49,795 bases of DNA from contig CAYROJ010000001.1 in assembly GCA_964425865.1 (NCBI GenBank), positions 1 to 49,795 of the forward strand, in the 5' to 3' direction. The DNA is from an uncultured Oscillospiraceae bacterium. Its GTDB lineage: Bacteria; Bacillota; Clostridia; Oscillospirales; Oscillospiraceae. Of this stretch, positions 44,159 through 49,795 are shown in pieces. The position numbers were made by a program, and so were the translations under genes. Position 1 is the first letter of the stretch. Each line of letters starts with the position of its first letter. The notes below the pieces were generated by a model. It had not been told where the DNA came from and made no database searches. It saw nothing but the letters and a program-made list of their open reading frames with translations.

Positions 44159-45593
44159 GCGCATTTCCAATGATGAATTTATGAAGCAGCGTCAGGAGGT
44201 CCTGACCCAGTGGCCTACCGGTAAGGATGTGAATCTGGAGGAGGCTGTGGCTTACCACAAATCCATGCCCCAGGAGCGGATCTTCGCCAAGAAGCTGCTG
44301 GATGCAAAAAAAGAGGGGCGTACGCTGGTACAGCCCCGAGCCGGTGTGCCTGTTATTGAGGAGCACATCAAGCTGATGCAGTATTTGCAGGATCACGGTG
44401 AGGCAGATCTGCTGCCCTCCACCATCGACTCCTACACCCGTCAGAACCGCTATGAAGAGGCGGAAAACGGCATTTCCGAGTCCATCCGTCTGGGCAGAGC
44501 CATGCTCAATGGCTTCCCTGCGGTCAACCACGGCGTTGCCGGATGCCGCCGGGTGGTAGAAAGTGTCCATACCCCCTTGCAGGTTCGCCACGGCACACCC
44601 GATGCCCGACTTTTGACCGAGATCACCTATGCCGGTGGCTTCACCAGCTATGAAGGCGGCGGCATTTCCTACAACCTGCCTTATTGTAAGAATATTCCCA
44701 TGGAGCGTACCATCCGGGACTGGCAGTATGTAGATCGACTGACAGGCCTGTATGAAGAAATGGGCGTTTCCATTAACCGGGAACCCTACGGCCCTCTGAC
44801 GGGCACCTTGGTTCCTCCCTGTATTTCCCACGCAGCTGCGATCATCGAAGCATTGCTGGCTGCCGAGCAGGGCGTTAAGAATATCACCGTTGGCTATGGC
44901 CAGTGCGGTAATCTGGTTCAGGATATTGCCGCCATCCGCACCTTACAGGAGCTGACCGATGAATATCTGCACAAGTACGGTTATAACGATGTGGAAGTGA
45001 CCACCGTACTGCATCAGTGGATGGGCGGTTTCCCCGCAGACGAAGCCAAGGCATTTGGCGTTATCGCTTCCGGCAGTATGATCGCTGCCCTGTCCAAGGC
45101 CACAAAGGTCATTGTCAAGACCCCCCACGAGGCCGTGGGCATCCCCACCATGGAAGCCAATGCCGAGGGTCTGCGCTGCACCAAGCAGGTGGTCAATATG
45201 ATGGCCGATCAGGTGTTCCAGGCTGCAACTCTGGAAGAGGAAAAAGAGATCATCCGTCAGGAGACTCGCTGCATCGTGGACAAGTGCTTCGAGCTGGGTA
45301 ATGGTGACATCGCCGTGGGTATCTGCCGTGGTGTCCAGGCAGGTGTTTTGGATGTGCCCTTTGCACCCTGTCGTGCCAATGCAGGCTTGATGCTGCCCTG
45401 CCGTGATAACGACGGTGCTGTGCGTATCCTTGCGATGGGTAATCTGCCCTTCAGTCAGGATCTGAAGGATTTCCACGCCGCCAAGATCGAACAGCGTGCC
45501 AAGGCCGAAGGCCGGAAGGCATCTTTCCAGATGGTGGTGGACGATGTTTATGCCATTGGTAAGGGCCGCCTGGTGGGCCGTCCCAAATATTGA
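44142..45593 (+). CDS. glmE: Glutamate mutase E subunit
   Basis: [52 protein letters not shown] and KTPHEA.GIP motifs. Confidence 0.97.
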   Translation: MDIQNKRISNDEFMKQRQEVLTQWPTGKDVNLEEAVAYHKSMPQERIFAKKLLDAKKEGRTLVQPRAGVPVIEEHIKLMQYLQDHGEADLLPSTIDSYTRQNRYEEAENGISESIRLGRAMLNGFPAVNHGVAGCRRVVESVHTPLQVRHGTPDARLLTEITYAGGFTSYEGGGISYNLPYCKNIPMERTIRDWQYVDRLTGLYEEMGVSINREPYGPLTGTLVPPCISHAAAIIEALLAAEQGVKNITVGYGQCGNLVQDIAAIRTLQELTDEYLHKYGYNDVEVTTVLHQWMGGFPADEAKAFGVIASGSMIAALSKATKVIVKTPHEAVGIPTMEANAEGLRCTKQVVNMMADQVFQAATLEEEKEIIRQETRCIVDKCFELGNGDIAVGICRGVQAGVLDVPFAPCRANAGLMLPCRDNDGAVRILAMGNLPFSQDLKDFHAAKIEQRAKAEGRKASFQMVVDDVYAIGKGRLVGRPKY

Positions 45594-45616
45594 TTTTACA
45601 GAGGGAGAAGAAAACC

Positions 45617-46873
45617 ATGAAAATTATCGATGTTGTTTGCTCCGGCGGCCGTACCGGCTTCTATTTTGACGACCAGAGAGCCATTAAGGGCGGCGCTGGC
45701 CATGATGGCATTTTCTATGTGGGAGCACCTGTGACGGAAGGCTTCCGCTCTGTCCGCCAGGCCGGTGAGTCTATCTCCGTGATGATCATCCTGGAAGACG
45801 GTCAGGTGGCATTCGGCGACTGCGCCGCTGTGCAGTACTCCGGCGCCGGCGGACGGGATCCGCTGTTCCTGGCAGAAGACTTTATTCCCATGATCGACAA
45901 GTACATCAAGCCTCAGCTGGTGGGCAGGGAAGCCGATAACTTCCGTCAGCTCTCTGCCATGATGGAAGCCATTCAGATCGACGGCAAGCGGCTGCACACC
46001 GCTATCCGCTACGGTATGAGCCAGGCGATCCTGGATGCTGTTGCCAAGGCCACCGGCCGCTTGATGTGTGAAGTGGTGGCCGATGAATACGGCTGTACTG
46101 TTTCCGATAAGCCCATTGATATTTTCACCCAGTCCGGCGATGACCGTTATAACGGCGCTGATAAGATGATCATCAAGGGTGCGCAGGTCCTGCCCCACGC
46201 TCTGATCAATAATGTGGAAGATAAGCTGGGTCTGAAGGGCGAAAAGCTGGAAGCCTATGTGGCATGGCTCCGTGACCGTATTCTGGAGCACCGCACCAGC
46301 GAAGATTATCTGCCGATTTTCCATATCGATGTATACGGTACTATCGGCGCTATCTTTGGCAACAACAATTATGTGGCCATGGCTGACTATATTGAAAATC
46401 TGGGCAAGATCGCCAAGCCCTTCCACCTGCGCATCGAAGGCCCCATGGACTGCGACACCGATCGGGAGACCCAGATGACTGCTCTGGCCGGCCTGACTGC
46501 TGAGCTGGATCGCCGTGGCTGTGATGTAGAGCTGGTGGCGGACGAATGGTGCAACACTCTGGAGGACATCAAGCTGTTTGCCGACCACAAGGCAGGCCAC
46601 ATGGTGCAGATCAAGACTCCCGACCTGGGCGGCATCAACAATACCATTGAGGCAGTGCTCTACTGCAAGGAAAAGGGCATCGGCGCATACCAGGGCGGCA
46701 CTTGCAACGAGACAGATCGCTCTGCGCAGGTCTGTGTTCACTGCGCTATGGCTACCCAGCCTGTGCAGATTTTGGCCAAGCCCGGTATGGGCGTGGACGA
46801 GGGCTACATGATCGTCTACAACGAAATGAACCGGATCATTGCCATCCGTAACGCCAAGAAAAACCGTCAGTAA
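45617..46873 (+). CDS. mal: Methylaspartate ammonia-lyase
   Basis: GFYFDDQRAIK, GDCAAVQYSGAGGRDPLF, LPHALIN, HIDVYGT, VADEWCN, QIKTPDLG, GGTCNETD and AKPGMG.DEG motifs. ATG 45617. Confidence 0.97.
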   Translation: MKIIDVVCSGGRTGFYFDDQRAIKGGAGHDGIFYVGAPVTEGFRSVRQAGESISVMIILEDGQVAFGDCAAVQYSGAGGRDPLFLAEDFIPMIDKYIKPQLVGREADNFRQLSAMMEAIQIDGKRLHTAIRYGMSQAILDAVAKATGRLMCEVVADEYGCTVSDKPIDIFTQSGDDRYNGADKMIIKGAQVLPHALINNVEDKLGLKGEKLEAYVAWLRDRILEHRTSEDYLPIFHIDVYGTIGAIFGNNNYVAMADYIENLGKIAKPFHLRIEGPMDCDTDRETQMTALAGLTAELDRRGCDVELVADEWCNTLEDIKLFADHKAGHMVQIKTPDLGGINNTIEAVLYCKEKGIGAYQGGTCNETDRSAQVCVHCAMATQPVQILAKPGMGVDEGYMIVYNEMNRIIAIRNAKKNRQ

Positions 46874-46883
46874 TTGAATCATC

Positions 46884-46922
46884 AAAGACCGAAAGCGGAT
46901 TTTCGCTTTCGGTCTTTCTTTT
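46884..46922 (+). terminator. Terminator of the glm-mal operon
   Basis: AAAGACCGAAAGCG-gatttt-CGCTTTCGGTCTTT followed by CTTTT. Confidence 0.85.
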
Positions 46923-47006
46923 GCAACGGTGTGTCCATGAGAGGAGGATAAAATGTGACCAAATTAAAAAAAGTATGGTAATTTTTCGATTTCGTTATTT
47001 TGTGCA

Positions 47007-47035
47007 TTGACTTTCTTCATGTTTCATAATATCAT
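47007..47035 (+). promoter_or_regulatory. Sigma-A promoter for the second ptb-buk operon
   Basis: TTGACT-17 nt-TATCAT. Confidence 0.55.
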
Positions 47036-47120
47036 AACAATGCTGGCGTAATTACACAATGGAATGATGATATAGTCAGTATTTTTTGACAGAATGAACA
47101 ATAGATAAGGAGTCGATCCT

Positions 47121-48029
47121 ATGATTCGATCTTTACAGCAATTGCGTATTCCAGGGGAGAACACGGCTGTCAGCCGTCTGGCGGTGGCGGTGGCGCAGGA
47201 TGCGGAAGTATTGCTGGCGGTAGACAAAGCCCGTCAATTGAGAATAGCGACTGCCGTTTTAGTCGGTGATGAGGCGGAGATCCGCAGTATTGCTGCACAG
47301 CGGAACATCGACCTGTCGGATTATGAGATCATCCATGAAAGCGATAAGGTGGAAGCCTGCCGCAAGGCAGTGAAGCTGGTTCGTGACAAACGGGCAGATG
47401 TGGTCATGAAGGGCATCGTGGATACGGCCATTATCCTGAAAGCGGTTCTGGATAAGGAGATCGGCCTGCGGGATGCGCCTGTTCTGTCCCATGTGGCGGT
47501 GTTTGAAGTGCCAGGCTTTGATCGGTTGCTGTATCTTTCCGATGCGGCTATGAACATCGCTCCGGATTTGGAGGCGAAGAAGCATATTTTGAAAAACACC
47601 GTGAAGGTGGCCCACGCTTTGGGTAATGATGCGCCCATCGCTGCCTGCCTGTGCGCTGTGGAGAAGGTCAACCCCAAAATGCAGGCAACGCTGGATGCAG
47701 CTGCTCTGGTAGAGGCCAACAAGACGGGGGAGATCAAAGGCTGTACGGTCATGGGACCTTTAGCACTGGACAATGCCATCTCAGTGGAGGCTGCCCATCA
47801 CAAGGGAATTACCGACCCAAATGCAGGCCGGGCAGATATTCTATTGGTACCTGCCATTGAAGTGGGCAATGTGTTCTACAAATCCATGGTCTTTATGGCA
47901 AAAGCCCAAAATGCCGGTGTGATCGTCGGCGCAAAAGCGCCCATCGTGCTGACCAGCCGGGCAGACTCCGACGAAACCAAGCTCAATTCCATTGCGCTGG
48001 CGCTGAAAATCGCCGCCAATGAAAAATAA
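47121..48029 (+). CDS. ptb: Phosphate butyryltransferase
   Basis: MKG.VDT..ILKAVL, LSHVAV, DAAMNIAPD, AVEKVNPKM.AT.DA, GPLALDNA and LTSRADS motifs. Confidence 0.93.
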   Translation: MIRSLQQLRIPGENTAVSRLAVAVAQDAEVLLAVDKARQLRIATAVLVGDEAEIRSIAAQRNIDLSDYEIIHESDKVEACRKAVKLVRDKRADVVMKGIVDTAIILKAVLDKEIGLRDAPVLSHVAVFEVPGFDRLLYLSDAAMNIAPDLEAKKHILKNTVKVAHALGNDAPIAACLCAVEKVNPKMQATLDAAALVEANKTGEIKGCTVMGPLALDNAISVEAAHHKGITDPNAGRADILLVPAIEVGNVFYKSMVFMAKAQNAGVIVGAKAPIVLTSRADSDETKLNSIALALKIAANEK

Positions 48030-48039
48030 GGAGTAACCT

Positions 48040-49122
48040 ATGACCCAACACAAAGTATTGGCCATGAACTTTGGCTCTACTTCTACCAAAGTGGCCATTT
48101 ATGAGGGCGACCGGGAGATCATGCTCCATGTGTTTCGCCATACCCCCGAGGAAATGGCGCATATTTCCAGCATGGATGACAATGCGGTTTTTCGCAAGGG
48201 TGTGATCCTGGCTTACCTGAAAGAGCAGGGTGTTGACCTGAATGAGCTGGATGCCATAGTTGGCCGAGGGGGGCTTGTCAAGCGAATCGAAGGCGGCACC
48301 TATCTTGTCAATGAAGATATGCTGGAAGACCTGCGCAGCTGTCACTACGGGTTCCATGTGTGCAATCTGGGCGGCATTCTGGCTTCTGAGATCGGCACAG
48401 AGCTCGGCAAGCCTGCTTATGTGGTCGATCCTCCCGTGGTCTATGAGATCGATGAGGTGGCCAGCCTGTCCGGCCATCCTGATTTTCCCCGTCGTCCGCT
48501 GTTCCACGCTCTAAATCAGAAAGCCATCGCCAAACGCTATGCTGACCAGATCGGTAAGCGTTATGAAGACCTGAACCTGATCGTTGCCCATATGGGCGGC
48601 GGCACCACCGTGGGTGCGCACCGGGGCGGTCGTGTCATCGATGTGAACAACGGGCTGGAAGGCGAGGGCGCTTACACCGGAGAACGGCCCGGTACCCTGC
48701 CGGTTCTGGATGTGGTGCGTGCTACGCTCAGCGGCAAATATGGCAGCACCTATGAGCAGCTGCGGCACTTCTTCTGCATGAAGTGTGGTCTGGTGGGCTA
48801 CACCGGCACAAACGATGGCCGGGAGATCACCCGTCGCATTGCAGAAGGAGATAAGCAGGCAGAGCTGGCCTACCGTGGTATGGCCTATCAGGTGGCCAAG
48901 GAGATCGGCGCATTGGGCGCAGCGCTCCATGGAAAGGTAGATGCCATCCTGCTGACCGGCGGCTTTGCCTATGACAAGACACTGATGAGCTGGATCGAGG
49001 AATATGTCAGCTATCTGGCGCCGGTGCATGTGTTCCCCGGCGAAGATGAGATGCTGGCACTGGCCCAGGGAGCACAGCGTGTTCTGTCCGGCCGGGAGGA
49101 AGCAAAGGTGTACCGAGCATGA
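48040..49122 (+). CDS. buk: Butyrate kinase family
   Basis: NFGSTSTK, GRGGL, FHALNQKA, AHMGGG and PGEDEM.ALA motifs. Confidence 0.92.
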   Translation: MTQHKVLAMNFGSTSTKVAIYEGDREIMLHVFRHTPEEMAHISSMDDNAVFRKGVILAYLKEQGVDLNELDAIVGRGGLVKRIEGGTYLVNEDMLEDLRSCHYGFHVCNLGGILASEIGTELGKPAYVVDPPVVYEIDEVASLSGHPDFPRRPLFHALNQKAIAKRYADQIGKRYEDLNLIVAHMGGGTTVGAHRGGRVIDVNNGLEGEGAYTGERPGTLPVLDVVRATLSGKYGSTYEQLRHFFCMKCGLVGYTGTNDGREITRRIAEGDKQAELAYRGMAYQVAKEIGALGAALHGKVDAILLTGGFAYDKTLMSWIEEYVSYLAPVHVFPGEDEMLALAQGAQRVLSGREEAKVYRA

Positions 49123-49795
49123 AAAGAATGCAGATCATCACCGGACATTATGGCTCCGGTAAGACGGAATATGCCGTTAATTTGGCGCTGAAGCTGGCCG
49201 GGGAAAGGGAGAATGTGGCGCTGGCAGACCTGGACATCGTCAATCCCTATTTTCGCAGCTACGAGCAGGCACAACGACTGGAAAAAGCAGGAATTCGGGT
49301 CATTGTAACTTCCTGCGGCGGTGTGGCGGATATTCCGGCATTGAATCCGGAGGTCATGTCCATTTTCCAGCAGGAAAAGTGGACCGGAGTTCTGGATATT
49401 GGCGGCGACCCCATCGGCGCAAGAGTTTTGGCCAGATTTGCCCCCCAGCTGAGGCCGGAGGAATTTGACCTGCTGTTTGTTCTCAATGCCAATCGCCCGG
49501 AAACGAAGGATGTGGACAGCGCTTTGGCTTATATGCAGGGTATTGAATTTGAATGCCGTCAGAAGGTGACCGGCATCGTCAATAATACCCACCTGTGTGC
49601 CGAAACCACCGCAGATGAAATTCTGAAAGGTGCAGCTTTGGCACAGCAGTTGTCTGAAAGGACAGGGCTGCCTGTCGTTCACCATGCGGTGGAGCGCCGC
49701 TTTGTGGAGGAAGTAAAGGATAAACTCGTCGGAGAAATATTGCCGATGAATATCTATATGAAAAAACCTTGGGAAATTGTATTCTGTGAGGAGGA
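49119..49795 (+). CDS. MinD/ParA/CobQ-like P-loop ATPase (3' end truncated by the window)
   Basis: Not in the ORF track because it has no stop. ATGA overlap with buk. Reads MKRMQIITGHYGSGKTEYAVN...DLDIVNPYFRS...DIGGDPIGA...N.NRP...NNTHL, open to the window end. Confidence 0.85.
   Translation, partial: MKRMQIITGHYGSGKTEYAVNLALKLAGERENVALADLDIVNPYFRSYEQAQRLEKAGIRVIVTSCGGVADIPALNPEVMSIFQQEKWTGVLDIGGDPIGARVLARFAPQLRPEEFDLLFVLNANRPETKDVDSALAYMQGIEFECRQKVTGIVNNTHLCAETTADEILKGAALAQQLSERTGLPVVHHAVERRFVEEVKDKLVGEILPMNIYMKKPWEIVFCEE

Overview
This is a chromosomal, gene-dense window from a gut-type anaerobic Firmicute. Clostridia is likely and an Oscillospiraceae-like lineage is an inference from gene content, the sigma-A promoters and the GGAGG ribosome-binding sites. 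I found no rRNA, tRNA, CRISPR array, transposase or phage gene. The left half (1-21.6 kb) carries a sugar ABC transporter with a divergent AraC regulator, and a redox/metal block: an NAD(P)H-motif-less thioredoxin reductase, a polar amino acid ABC transporter, flavodoxin, DUF3793 and an HMA protein (the last three with DtxR-like boxes), an orphan BaiG-like MFS transporter and AhpC/AhpF-like genes. These are followed by adhE, a Cof hydrolase, a PepSY lipoprotein, and GH13 plus GH36 glycosidases. The right half (21.9-49.8 kb) is an amino-acid fermentation region. It contains an iorAB-ptb-buk-aminotransferase operon, a THF-dependent hut operon (hutHUI, ftcD, cyclodeaminase), a citDEF-like plus two-subunit Fe-S hydratase operon (by context citramalate lyase and mesaconase), glutamate mutase glmSLE with mal, and a second ptb-buk-ATPase operon that runs off the end. 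The best leads are: (i) an uncharacterised P-loop NTPase/AlaX-like editing-domain fusion transcribed divergently from the citramalate operon; (ii) a CitD-like carrier with Lys at the canonical prosthetic-group Ser position and no citC/X/G nearby; (iii) the Ior-Ptb-Buk-aminotransferase unit beside hut; (iv) the orphan BaiG homologue.
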